Source: Amoebidium appalachense
Taxonomy: Eukaryota > Protista > Ichthyosporea
Assembly (NCBI GenBank): GCA_963693365.1
Contig: CAVNZM010000002.1
Span: forward strand, 4,728,259-4,792,258
Reading direction: 5' to 3'
DNA length: 64,000 nucleotides
Positions 12,843-24,775 of the stretch are shown here, in pieces (position 1 is the stretch's first letter; every line of letters starts with the position of its first letter). The notes below the pieces were generated by a model. That model had not been told where the DNA came from. It did no database searches and saw nothing but the letters and a program-made list of their open reading frames with translations. A program made the translations under genes and the position numbers.

Positions 12843-14176
12843 GAGCATATGCACGTCCCTGTTATGCAGGCCATCACAAGCGAATGCACATTTGCATGTG
12901 AATGCATGGCTAGATAATACGTATGCGTAAACAGACACGTCTATGTATCATCTCAAATGCGATATCTAAATAGTTGACGATCCGTACAGGAGTATATGTT
13001 TATATTAGAAATGTAGGTATATAGGTATCTATGATATCACCCTTGCACACGTGTATGCTTGCGTAACGGGCACACTTGAGGCATGGGGTTGTGTAATCGT
13101 GCTTAGTGGTAGTCCGTTATGGTGTGTGTATAGTTTGCTGCTTGCGTGTATGGGTGGCAGGCATGTGTGCTCATACCTGTGTCTATGCACGTGCATACAT
13201 ATCCCCCTACTTGCATGCAAGAGTGCATGGTGTGTGTACATGTGTGTGTACCTGCATGCATGGGTGTGTGTGCATATATATGCACGTGCATGATGCATGT
13301 GTTTGCATGTGTGCTTGCAGGCACGGGTGTGTGTTCTGTGTGTGCACGTGCATGCATGGATAATGGTACGTGTGTGCATGTGTGTGCACGTGCAGGCACG
13401 TACGAGACTGTGGCGCCCTTCTCCAGTGCAATCTTAGCAAGCACCACCATGCCGTACTGGTGGTAGAACGGCAGCATGCCCATCAGACCAGTCCCGGGCC
13501 CAACCGTCATCAGCTCTGGGATATGCAAAATTTCAGCATGTATCCCCCAATACACAATCCCTGCCGCTACCAATTAAAATACGAGCAGGCAAGCTACTTT
13601 AAGGGTGGCGCGGGGGGGGGGGGGGGGGGGGGGGGGGTGGGGGGGGGGGGGGGGGTATTATCTGTTACAGACACGTTAACAGTGCACATCATAGGGGGGT
13701 CCCCATGCCTCCACGAAAGAACATGCTTTGATTTTTTAAGCCCCTTTCATTCCCCGGGCATTCCCCCGGGCGAGGAAGAGGGGGAATAGGCACGGGGGGA
13801 GAGGGGGGGGGATAGATACCGGGTGCGGTGGCCTGCCTGCAGTTAGTGACGATGTTGAAGTGTGTGAGCATAACCCCCTTAGGCCTGCCTGTGGTTCCAG
13901 ACGAGTAGGGCAGCACGGCCACGTCATTCACAACGTCCACTTCCACGGGCTTCCACAGGCTTCCATCATTATCGATCATGGATGCGTATGGAATGTGGTT
14001 GCCCGTGGGCTCATCCCCCACCACGATGATGGACTTGAGCTGCTTGTTGATCTGCTCGTTGGCCTGCAAGGGGTTGATGGCTGGTGAGTGGAATGCATCT
14101 GAAAGAGAATGCGGACATACTGTTGGTGGTGTATGCATGTTAAAAAAGGCGGGGGAAAGGGCTGAGAGTTGAGAAG

Positions 14177-14220
<44 letters not shown>

Positions 14221-14446
14221 TTTCCCCCCATAAATCCCCTAACAACAAAAAAAAAAAAATCATTCTATTGGGGAAGAGAAGGGTAGAGCCCCCGACTAAT
14301 TCAAAATATTCCTCCAAGCATTCCAAGGGGTATGTGTGTGTGTTGTGGGGGTGGGGTATGGGTGGGGGGTTGTTTGCGTAGTCATTCCGTGTCGATTACC
14401 AGGTGAGGTTGGGTGTGGTTCCTTGTGTTTTGTCACGAGGAAGAAT

Positions 14447-14480
<34 letters not shown>

Positions 14481-14987
14481 GATATCCACAAAGAATCGAC
14501 ATTTCCAGACAACTGGGAAGAGGCCACATGAGGTGGGGATTGGAATGTGTTGCCGGGTACTTCGTTTTAATGACAGACGACGCAGTGTAGATTGCAAACC
14601 ACACACGAGGTGTGCATGTGTGTGCATGTGTGTGTGTGGGTGGGTGGGGGGGGGGGGGGGGGGGGGGGGGGTTCGAATTGTTGATGTGGATGATGGATGT
14701 ATCAATAGGTCAGATTAGAAACCCACGCACAAGTGCATGCATGCCTTATACAAACCCATCCACACAAATCTCAGGGAGTCTCCAAGTGATCTAGACAGTA
14801 AATACGTACGTTTCCACGAATCAGGAAACCGGATGGAATTGTGTTTAAGTTGTTTGGGTTGATCTTTTTCTTTTTCTCTTCCCTTTTTTTTTTTCTTTTA
14901 CGTTTTGAGTGTAGGGGGAGGATACCTCGAGCACGGTGGGAAGAAGGTTTGCCGATGTGATGATGGTGGTGGCACCACTGTTCTCCA

Positions 14988-15070
<83 letters not shown>

Positions 15071-15107
15071 CGTGTGTGTTGGTTCGTGTGTGTTGGTTCA
15101 CGCGTGT

Positions 15108-15141
<34 letters not shown>

Positions 15142-15485
15142 TCTCTTGTGTGTATGTGGTGTTGGTGAATTGTTTGTTGGCGAGTCAACGTGTGGTCAAA
15201 ATATAGTGATTGAGTGTTACCGAGCATGTGTGCTCTTGTGTCCGCGAAGTGGAACCCACATATCAATATAAGTACTTTCGTCCCCTTCCCCTCGGCAGAC
15301 CGCATGAGAAAAAGAGTAAGATAACCGACAAGACAAGGTTTATCGGCTTCCAGTCATTGCCTTTCTCTCCCGACCCCCAAATCTGAAAATCCCTGCCATC
15401 CTCCCCCCCTACAGCCATCACCATCACCTCCACCACAATTATCACACGACCCCACGCCCCCTTCCCCTCCCCCCTCCCATCCCCC

Positions 15486-15516
<31 letters not shown>

Positions 15517-15934
15517 GACACACACACACACACACACACCATGTCAGATAGTCTTAAAAAAGGAAACAAGGAAACCAACCAATATTCAACCCATCTGCCT
15601 GAAAAGCCAAAAAAACAAATCTAACCCAACATGAATAGCTATCCCCCACCCCCCACCCCATCCCTCCCACCCAAAAACCCCCCTGACAAACCCCAACTCA
15701 ACACATTAACCCCCACCTGGTAGGCCAGCTCCCATGCGGTGCACGATGGGTTGACCGTGGTGGCCACAGCCCCCGATGCCATGGTGCCGTGCAGGGCCAC
15801 GGCCATTTCCGGACAGTTGCCCATGTGGATGGCCACCATGGACCCCCGCTTGACCCCAAATTTCGTCTGCAGCGTCTGTGCAAAGCTCAGCGTGTTTTGC
15901 TTGAGCTGTTGAGTGTGTGTGTGTGTTTGGAGGT

Positions 15935-16008
<74 letters not shown>

Positions 16009-19000
16009 CGCGCGCGCGTGTGTGTAGGTATGTGTGCGTTGGGTGGGAGGGGGATAAATGGGTCGGTGAGGCTAGGTCGATGTAGAATATTGGGTACATA
16101 TAGCGGCAATATTAACAAACGGCTATAAGAACCCTCCAATGAAATGAGTGTTGAGACTACAGACACGACTTAGTGTAAGTAACCGTAAGGGGAAAATGGT
16201 GTTCCTACAAGAAAATGGGTGAAGAAAATGGTGCTCATAAGTGGAAATGAATGGGTGTTCTAGCCCGTCAGATCATCAATAACAACAATGAAGCGAGGAA
16301 CAGCATGATTTGGGTAGGAAAAAGACATCGGAGATCTGTGAACAAGAGGTGTGTGTGTAGGGGGAGGGGGGGAGGGGGAGGGGAGGAGCGGGTGTAGGAA
16401 TCATAAGCGCACGAATGGCTGCTAGGCTAGAAAAGGGGTGGTTGTATGGGAAGCACCGGTCTGTGAAGTCAGCCGTGTAAATAGGCACATCTCATTCAAA
16501 AAGAAGGACAAGAAAATGGAGGATGCACAGGGGGGGGGGGGGGGGGGGGGTTTGAATGCGTCAAAAAGTACGAAGTACACAAGAACAAACGGATAACACG
16601 ATGCAGAATGCAAGCCATACATAAAGAGTATGCATAATAAGCAGAGCCCATCCTCAGGGGGGGCCCACGTCATCCACAGTACCCGAGTTTCGACCTATTC
16701 CCCTCGTTAACGAAACCCAACTCAGATACTGTTTCACTTGAACATGAGTAGGTCACCCGTCTTGATCAGAGACGAGCAGGGTTGCTTATGCAGGCAAGGG
16801 CAGTGGGAAAGGCCGGGGGTTAAAGTTGCAGCAGTAAGCAGAAGCAAGAAAAATATAGATAGGAACTCAGGAGACGGGGCTTCTAGGAAGCTCCCCCGTC
16901 GATACCTAAGTCGATACTTCCCTGGCTAACATACTACACCAGCTGAAAAGAATTAAGTCCCGAAGGCCACAGAATTCGTAATCAGAGGGGAAAATATGAG
17001 ATTTGACCCACGCCGCAGGGTAGTAACACGCTTACTAGGGCGGAACTTTATCGTCTTCGAACGGAAAGCTATGCCCCCGGATGTCAGCCGGAAATATGGT
17101 ATCACCCATTGCTTTGGGCTTGAAAAAAGCCAAACCGATAGTCCGAGTTATGTTACGCCGGCGGGTAACATGCCGCAGGGGGACTGAGGGAGTCCCGCAA
17201 AGGAAGTCCATAACCAATATCGAAAAAAAAGGAATAGAAGGAGCGGAGATGAACGGTGGGGGGGAGGGGGGGGGGGAAGGGGGTACATGGGGGTAGAGGA
17301 ATGATAGAGGGAGAGGGGTAGAGAGAAATAGAGATAGGGATAGAGATAGACAGAGAGAGAAGGAGGGAGAGAGTGTGTGTGTGTGAGAAGACATAGAGGG
17401 GGGGGGGGGGGGGAGGGGGGATGAGTGAGTGAGAGAAAGAGAAAGAGTGAATCAAGAGAGAGACAGCGAGAGAGAGAGAGTGTGTGTGTGTAAAAGAGAG
17501 AGAGAGAGGGGGGGGGGGGGGGGGGGGGGGGGGTGATATGAGAATTACGGAACGACAACGAAAAAAAGCCGCCGCCCCCCCCCCCCTCTCCCCCCCTCCC
17601 CCCCTCCCCAAAAAAGTATCAAGAAAAGATAGGAAAAAAGACATAGTACCTGGTTGTAGGTCATGCTGCCATCCTTTGTCTTGAAGGCAAGACTGTCCCC
17701 ATACTTGCTGACCGGCCCGGTGGAAAGGCCAAGCACGTGCTCTGGGGGGAGGGGGGGGGGGGGGGGAGATTAAAATTTGATGCAGAGCACAATGTACACA
17801 TGCACGACGGACAACACAATGCAGATGTTGCCAAGCACACATACAGAGTATGCATCATACGTAGAGCCCATCCTCAGGGCTGCGCCCAAGGCATCCACAG
17901 TACACGGGGTTCGACCCGTTCAGGGAAGGTGGAGGGTGGGACCGGGGTGGTGAGGGGGAGGAGGGTTCAGATTGGTAATTTTAGGGGATATTTAGTGGGG
18001 GGAGGGTCGGAGGGTTGCTTGGGTTCTTCGTTTTTTTTTTTTTTTTTTTTTGTGGGGGGGGGGGGGGGGGGGGGGAGGGGGGAGGGGGAGGAATTGAGGG
18101 GAGAGCAACAACAACCGTGGTACTACCATAGATTTTGTGTGTGTGTGTGTGTGTTTGGATGGGGCGAGGGGAGGGGGGGCGGGGGGGCTAGGATAGGTAA
18201 ACAAACAACCGTAGTGTGGTATAAGGACAGCTAAGATATGCATACCGGGGATGGTGGTGTAGACGAGGTCCAGGTCGGCAAAGGGTGCCTTGAAGATGTG
18301 GTTCCTGCGTGCTGAGCTGTGCAGGTAGGCCGCAGCCGCAGGGGCAGCCTTTTTATTAGGTAGTAGGGGGAAAGGGGGAGAGGGGTCGGGGGGACGGGGG
18401 GAGGGGGGAGAGGGGTGGAGAGGGTGGGAGGGGGGAGAGATTAGTATCTTCGACAGTTTGAAGAACAAAATGTGCAGGATACATAACAGATCGAGAAAGT
18501 GGCACATGGTGGTTATAAACAGCAGAGCCACGTGCTCCGGAAGAGGGAAGAAGAGGTGGGGGGGGGGGGGGGGGGGGGGGGGCGAGGGGGGTGCAGGGAG
18601 GAATGGTATGCCCCTGTGTTTGTGTGTAAGGTTGAGCAGAGGACGGGGGGGAGGGGGGGAAGTGGGTGGCAAGCGGGGAGCTATCCAAAAGAACGAGTGT
18701 CTAGGATAGCTCCACATTTGTTTCTTAGGTGTACACGGGCAGGGAGGGTAAGGTGTTAAGAGATCAAGCGAAAACGTTGATGCTAGTAAGGTGAGGATGG
18801 ATCGAGGGTCATAAAGGGGTCCAAGCAACTGCCCGTGCGAGGGGTTCCTAGTGGCCTCAATCTCGCCTCGTCAACATGGAAACTGTTCCTGCCCCCATGC
18901 AACCGGACCCCTTCTCTGTCCCCCTTCCACCCCTTTTCCACCTTCTTTCTCGCTTCACACAAGCAAAGTCCGTCCCTTCTCCTTTGCTCCGTCAGCAGCC

Positions 19001-19403
19001 TCGAATACGCGTTGCTCAGAAATACTTTGCTGTATCAAAAGGAACTCCGTGTACTGTTGAGTGGCTTTAAACCAATCCCGAAGCAGAAGGTGACGCCCGT
19101 GCGAACGGGAAAGTTTGGTGAGGGTAGGTGATCGTGAAATCAAGGGGTCAGAGGGATGGGTTGGGGGGGGGGGGGGGGGGGGGGGGGGGTTAGGAGTGTC
19201 AGGAATATGGAAAACTATGACACTTTTTTTTGATGAGTGGCTGTTGGGTGGTGGGTGGGTGTGAGTGCATGTGTGTTTTTGGGGGGGGGGGGGGGGGGGG
19301 AAGAAGGGGGGGGGGGGGGGGGGGGGGATGTTACCAGACGCTGCTGAAAGCGACGGGCACCGAGCGCGGCGCTGCGCGTAATGGCGAAGGGCATGGCGAC
19401 CAT
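8336..19403 (-). CDS. 4-coumarate-CoA ligase / firefly-luciferase-like acyl-CoA synthetase (ANL superfamily), 15 exons
   Basis: Exons (approx.) 19335-19403, 18246-18348, 17650-17741, 15717-15905, 14926-14988, 13820-14063, 13404-13515, 12651-12705, 11698-11892, 11183-11269, 10523-10694, 9752-9852, 9339-9424, 8806-8888, 8336-8427, all GT-AG. Motifs [102 protein letters not shown]. Confidence 0.93.
9451..9610 (-). mobile_element. Degenerate 3' fragment of the poly(C)-tailed SINE-like family
   Basis: Plus strand catcataaggagagcccaaactcagggaggcc...catccagagtac...gaccca aligns with 16633-16697; G-run at 9439-9450. Confidence 0.6.
10760..10925 (-). mobile_element. Degenerate 3' fragment of the poly(C)-tailed SINE-like family
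   Basis: tgcatcataagcagagcccatcccc...gggccc...tcgaccc at 10857-10922 matches the family core; G-run at 10739-10759. Confidence 0.55.
16551..17177 (-). mobile_element. SINE-like retroposon, ~627 bp, long copy 1 (intron 3 of the acyl-CoA synthetase gene)
   Basis: Near-identical to 56632-57258 with the same two ends. The minus strand has an A-box-like TAACATAACTCGG and a B-box GTTCGAAGAC (17053-17062), a conserved 3' stem-loop GGGCCC...GGGCTC, and ends GCATTCAAA followed by poly(C). Confidence 0.75.
17767..17922 (-). mobile_element. 3' fragment of the poly(C)-tailed SINE-like family abutting a 3' splice site
   Basis: gagtatgcatcatacgtagagcccatcctcaggg...catccacagtac...ttcgacc aligns with 16627-16696. 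Its C-run runs directly into the CAG acceptor at 17742-17744. Confidence 0.7.
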
Positions 19404-20358
19404 CTTCAATGGCTATGTGACGGATAAACTCCCACGGAAAATAAAAGAATAAAGACCTTTGAAAGGCGAGGTATGAGTGGGAAGGTCAGTTCCACTCACC
19501 GAAACAAGAACGAAGTGGCACACGCGCCGCGGCGACGGCTCTGTTTATGAATGCCAAACGTAGAACGCGTTGATTGGTTGAAGTTGCTCTTTGGAGATTA
19601 GCTATTTATGGCTATTGTGCGGGTGAAGGATGTAGTTGGTGGAATACTGACGGCAGCAGAACCTTTACAAGTAATCACCAGATACTGGACTAGACCCATT
19701 CACATTACTACAATAGTGTCCAGTATATTTTGCCAAGGCTTAGAAATATTAAATTTTTATCTTCCAAATATAAGCTTATTATTGACTATACATAACCATA
19801 ACACGCCTCTAAGGATGTCTTCTTGTAGCCCAACTCTCTGGTTAATTCTGAGTCGGGTGGCTTTTACAGGCTTCTCGAAAGCACCAATCGTTGCTAGATT
19901 TGACGAATTCGATTCTGATTGGTGGAATTCGGCGACGATCCCCTTGCTTTTCATTGGCTAAACTAGGGCTGTAAAATGAAGATGAAGCCCAAATTTTAAA
20001 GTACCTACCCCAAATTATGTAGCAAAGCATAGCTATATTGTCGTAGCCCTAAAAACCTAACTTATAAGTAATTAAAACCTATAAAAAACTATAGAGTTGA
20101 TTTTCTCGTTTTTAGGCACAGTCTGTGGGAGTCTCTGGATCCTAAATCCTGTAGCCCGGGCGCGTACGACAATCATTTCACACCCTGAGACTCTGGCTCC
20201 GGCCCCCCGAGTACTCAGCGAGCCTACTATTGTCCTTGTAGTCTTCAACCGAGTCCGGCTCATGCCAGCGTTGTCGGTCTCTTATCGCGAGCTCTCGAGA
20301 ACTTTTGGCTTTTAGCGTCCTCTCTTTCTTTCTCTTCACTTTTTATCTCTCTCTCTTT

Positions 20359-20438
<80 letters not shown>

Positions 20439-20453
20439 TACCCCCCCCCACCC

Positions 20454-20530
<77 letters not shown>

Positions 20531-20555
20531 CTTCTTTCTCTCTCTCTCTCTCCCA

Positions 20556-20607
<52 letters not shown>

Positions 20608-20767
20608 CCTTCCCTTCTCTCTCCCTCCACAAACACACACACACACACACACACACTTGCACACAGTCCCTCCACAGTAGATCTCTCTCGCTCTCTCTCT
20701 CACACAATCTTTTTCTCCTTTTCTCTCTCTCTATCAAATATATCCGATATGTATTATGATCTCTCTG

Positions 20768-20851
<84 letters not shown>

Positions 20852-20879
20852 CCCGGAGAGTCGTATATACGCGAGCTAC

Positions 20880-21039
20880 GGGGTCGAAACTCAGACGCAA
20901 TTGATGACTTGGGCCCTCCCTGAGCATGGGCTCTGCTTATGACGCATACTGTGCGTATGGCTGATGTTGCATACTTAAATGTTTGCCTTTGCATGTGTCC
21001 GTCGTGTATGCATACCTTGTACCGTGTTCCGCATTCAAA
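20880..21039 (+). mobile_element. 3' fragment of the poly(C)-tailed SINE-like family (intergenic, + strand)
   Basis: gggtcgaaactc...gatgacttgggccctccctgagcatgggctctgcttatga...gcattcaaa followed by C10; same terminus as the long copies. Confidence 0.7.
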
Positions 21040-21064
21040 CCCCCCCCCCTCTCTCTCTCTCTCT

Positions 21065-21187
<123 letters not shown>

Positions 21188-21739
21188 ACCAGTAGTGATG
21201 GGCGAGGGGTGGGGGGAGGGGGGAAGGGGGGGGGGGGGGGCAAAACTCTGCGTCCTATGGCTCTCCCTGCTGCCTCGACACCATAGAGTCTTTGTTGGTG
21301 GCAAATACGTGGCAACTCGAAGATCCCCTGGTTGCAGGCACAGTGTACATAGCTCTACTTGAAGAACATACATAAAACATCGTCTATCACTACGACCCAG
21401 TAAACCTAGCTAGGCTGTCCACACACGCCTTCTAACCCTTCGCTCAGCCTCTTCCTCCCGTGTTTCAGTAGCTCCTCTGTGTTCTGGCTTAGACGCCAGA
21501 TGGTTGGCAGCGTGCTTTTTGCATTCATGGAAACGTAGACGAAAAGAGTGAGGAAGTACATCCTAATGCCCGAATCCTCACTCGCAGCCACACGAACCTG
21601 CACAGCTACACAAACGCACGCGCGCACACACAAAACACACACACACAAATACACATACACGTGCGCGCCACACACACACACACACACCCACACACACTCA
21701 GACTCACACACTCACATAAATACACGTGCGCGCCACACA

Positions 21740-21785
<46 letters not shown>

Positions 21786-22083
21786 ATGATTCACACTCCA
21801 CTAAGTTAAACCCACGTGCAGACCAGCACAGACAATTATACAAGCATGCTTAGCGGCAAACGGCAGCAGAGGCACATGTGCCAAGCACAAGCGCACACGT
21901 GCGTATATTCAGAGTGCACACCACGCACAGCTTCCCCTATCCCCCCCCCTCCTCACCGCCTCACCCCCCCTCCCCTTCCCCCCGGGGCCTGGCCCAAGGC
22001 CTCCTTATCACCACTTGGGCCTGGCATGACGAGGGCATGGCTGTTGTAAGTTTTTTTGTTTTTTTTTTTAAATAAATTGCCTA

Positions 22084-22202
22084 CATGACGTCATGAGATC
22101 ATCAAGGGGCCAACTGATTCGTCCAGAGTGCACCACTGACGTAATCCTTTGTTGTTGTTCAAACTGACTCTGCCAACGGTTCAAAAAGAGTAACCGTTGG
22201 CA
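22084..22202. promoter_or_regulatory. Candidate promoter elements upstream of the HDAC gene
   Basis: Palindrome CATGACGTCATG (CRE/ATF core, 22084-22095). 11-bp inverted repeat TGCCAACGGTT-N10-AACCGTTGGCA (22171-22202) containing Myb-type AACGG cores. Confidence 0.4.
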
Positions 22203-22384
22203 ACGCACCGAACTGACGGAGTGCTGTCACACTCCTGCTCACACTTCACCCCCTCCGTGACACTCTTGACGCACACAGGATAATTGAGTTAGGCAAGAAA
22301 AACAAAACCCCGTATAAGCCACACCTCCCACAGTCATCATCCCTCAGCTACTAGCCGTTTAGCTCCTCCGATTCTCTATACAAC

Positions 22385-23617
22385 ATGGCTTCCAACGAGA
22401 CCGGTTACGTGTGGGATGAACGCTTTGGTTGGCACGACACAGGCACACACGCCATAGCAACCCAATCAGCCCTCTATCCCACACGGGGAGTATACGTTCA
22501 GCAATGGCACCACATAGAGAGCCCCGAGTCCAAAACAAGAATCCACAGCCTTCTGTCTGTTTCTGGAACACTCGAACAGGTGGTGCAGATCAAGTCACGT
22601 GCGGCCACACGCACAGAGGTGGAACGGTTCCACACCAAGGAATACATAGATCGACTGAAACATGCAAGTGATAACGGGGGAGCTGACATGGGGGAGGAGG
22701 CGTTGGTGGGGAGGGGCTCTTATGACATCGCCCTATACGCAGCTGGGAGCTGTGTGGAGGTGGTGGCGAAGGTGATGAAAGGAGAGCTTCAGAATGGATA
22801 CTGCTTGGTGCGACCCCCCGGCCACCATGCTGAGCGAGACAGGGGTATGGGGTATTGTCTGATCAACAACATCGCTGTAGCGGCCAACGCGGCAATAAGC
22901 GACCACGGGGCAAGGAGGGTGGCGATAGTGGATTGGGACGTGCACCATGGCAACGGCACGCAGCAGGCCTTCTACGACCGTAACGATGTTTTGTTTCTTT
23001 CCATCCACCAGGACAACCTCTACCCGACAAACTCGGGCGCATACACGGACGTGGGCGAGGGTTTAGGCACAGACTACAACATCAACATCCCCCTTCCCCC
23101 AGGCACGGGCCATGGGGGCTACCTTGCGGTGATGGACCGCGTGGTTCTGCCTGCAATCCGCGCCTTCAGACCAGACATAATTCTCATCTCGTGTGGGTTT
23201 GACGCAGGTGCACTCGACCCCCTCGGCACTATGATGCTCTCTGGCTCGTGCTTCGGTGATATGACCCAAAAGCTAGTCAATTTGGCGAAGGAAATATGCC
23301 ACGGGAGGGTGGTGGTATGCCACGAGGGGGGTTATAACCCCTGCCAGACGCCGTTTTGCGGGCTGCGTGTGGTTGAAGCGCTGCTGGGTGTGGCCGAGAG
23401 TTCTGTTGTGGACCCGTATGATGCCGAGATAAGGGGCTACGGCTACCACGACCTGCAGGCGCACCAGAACCAAGTCATTGAGCGCGCAGAGAGCCACGTC
23501 GAGAGATTGCGGGCAAAGTGTGAGCAGATAAATGGCATCGGTAGGGGGGAGGAGTATAGGGGAGCCGACTGGAAGGGGTTGAGGGAGACTTGTATTAGGG
23601 AGGAGGGTGTGAAGTAG
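22385..23617 (+). CDS. Zn-dependent class II histone deacetylase family protein, bacterial HDAH/PA3774-like amidohydrolase, intronless (410 aa)
   Basis: Motifs RPPGHHA, GYC..NN.A, IVDWDVHHGNGTQ, SIHQ..LYP, NIPLPPG, GFDA..LDPLG, EGGY. The N-terminus TGYVWDERFGWHDTG...ESPESKTRIHSLLSVSG resembles bacterial HDAH-type enzymes. Confidence 0.95.
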   Translation: MASNETGYVWDERFGWHDTGTHAIATQSALYPTRGVYVQQWHHIESPESKTRIHSLLSVSGTLEQVVQIKSRAATRTEVERFHTKEYIDRLKHASDNGGADMGEEALVGRGSYDIALYAAGSCVEVVAKVMKGELQNGYCLVRPPGHHAERDRGMGYCLINNIAVAANAAISDHGARRVAIVDWDVHHGNGTQQAFYDRNDVLFLSIHQDNLYPTNSGAYTDVGEGLGTDYNINIPLPPGTGHGGYLAVMDRVVLPAIRAFRPDIILISCGFDAGALDPLGTMMLSGSCFGDMTQKLVNLAKEICHGRVVVCHEGGYNPCQTPFCGLRVVEALLGVAESSVVDPYDAEIRGYGYHDLQAHQNQVIERAESHVERLRAKCEQINGIGRGEEYRGADWKGLRETCIREEGVK

Positions 23618-24742
23618 CGGGGACACACGGAAAGAGGGGGGGGGGGGGGGATATGTTTTGTGTTTTGTTTGTTTTGGGCTCTAACTCAGTTTGTTTCTTT
23701 TCAAGAGGGTAATTGTGTCTCAAAGGCTAAGAAGATCTGGTTGCTGCGACGGGACTTTGTTTTCAGACCTTTTGGCAAATTTCTGTTTGGGGCATGTAGG
23801 AAGCTTGTTGTGCTTAAGTCAGCCTGTGTTTGTGTGTGTAACTTTTTAAGGCCTATGTCGCCTACGTCTCTTTCTCCACTATTCTATGTATGACAATCCC
23901 GCAATATCCAAAAGAGAGGCCCCCATACCATATAGCCAAAGCCACTATATACTGTGCAGCCAATATGAAGTGTGTGTCACATTGGTCACACCGTGGAAAT
24001 ATAGTGCCAGTGGGGCTTCATTTGATATATGGGCTCGAAATCATTGAGAGTGAATACAAATCAAAGTGGCCATTCCTGGATTGCCAAGTGCCTCCCCGTC
24101 AGTACATCTTCCCCCCCCCCCTCCCCCCCCCCCCCCCCCCCCCCCCCCAAACCACCACCACCACCACCACCCACCTCCGTGGCACCTGCACACACCCCTC
24201 CCCTGAACACACACACAAAAACAAAAAGGATAGGTTGGAAACCAAGCCCAAAAGTTGACGAGTAGAACCCCGTGTTTTCTGTAGGGGCGGAGGAACGCCC
24301 TTGTACAGCCACGTGCACCTGACTTACTCGCCGCATGCATCGGATCGGTTTCTCCTTTGTGCTCCTTTTTCGTTTGTTTGCTTTTTCGTACCTGAAAGGC
24401 TTGCATGTACCGTAAGGCTCTCCAATGCATTACCTCCGCCCCTCCCGCCCCTCCCACCCCCCCTGGGGCTTCCCCCAACAGCCCGCCCGACAAACACACA
24501 CACACACACACACAAAAAAAACAAAAAAAAACCGACCACTTTTAGTTGCCGTGTAATGGAGAGACATCTGGGCTGGATTTGTGCAAGGCGTGAATGGGTA
24601 CAAGTTGGGTGTTTTATTATATATGGATGGTTGAGCTGCACCCCCCCCCCCCCCCCCCTCCTCCCCCCCCCCTCACACACACCGTACACACACACATGTA
24701 CACACACACACACCACCCCCTTCAGCCACCCACACACCCACC

Positions 24743-24775
<33 letters not shown>

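Noticed and set aside
16640-16700. Hammerhead ribozyme in the SINE-like core (GAAAC...GTA and CTGAGGA on the minus strand)
   Set aside because: Stems I and II cannot be paired convincingly and GAAA is not conserved among copies; a simple GGGCCC/GGGCTC stem-loop fits better.
17085-17165. Functional tRNA (e.g. tRNA-Sec from the TTCAA loop)
   Set aside because: No TTC T-loop or proper arm lengths; treated only as a possible SINE head.
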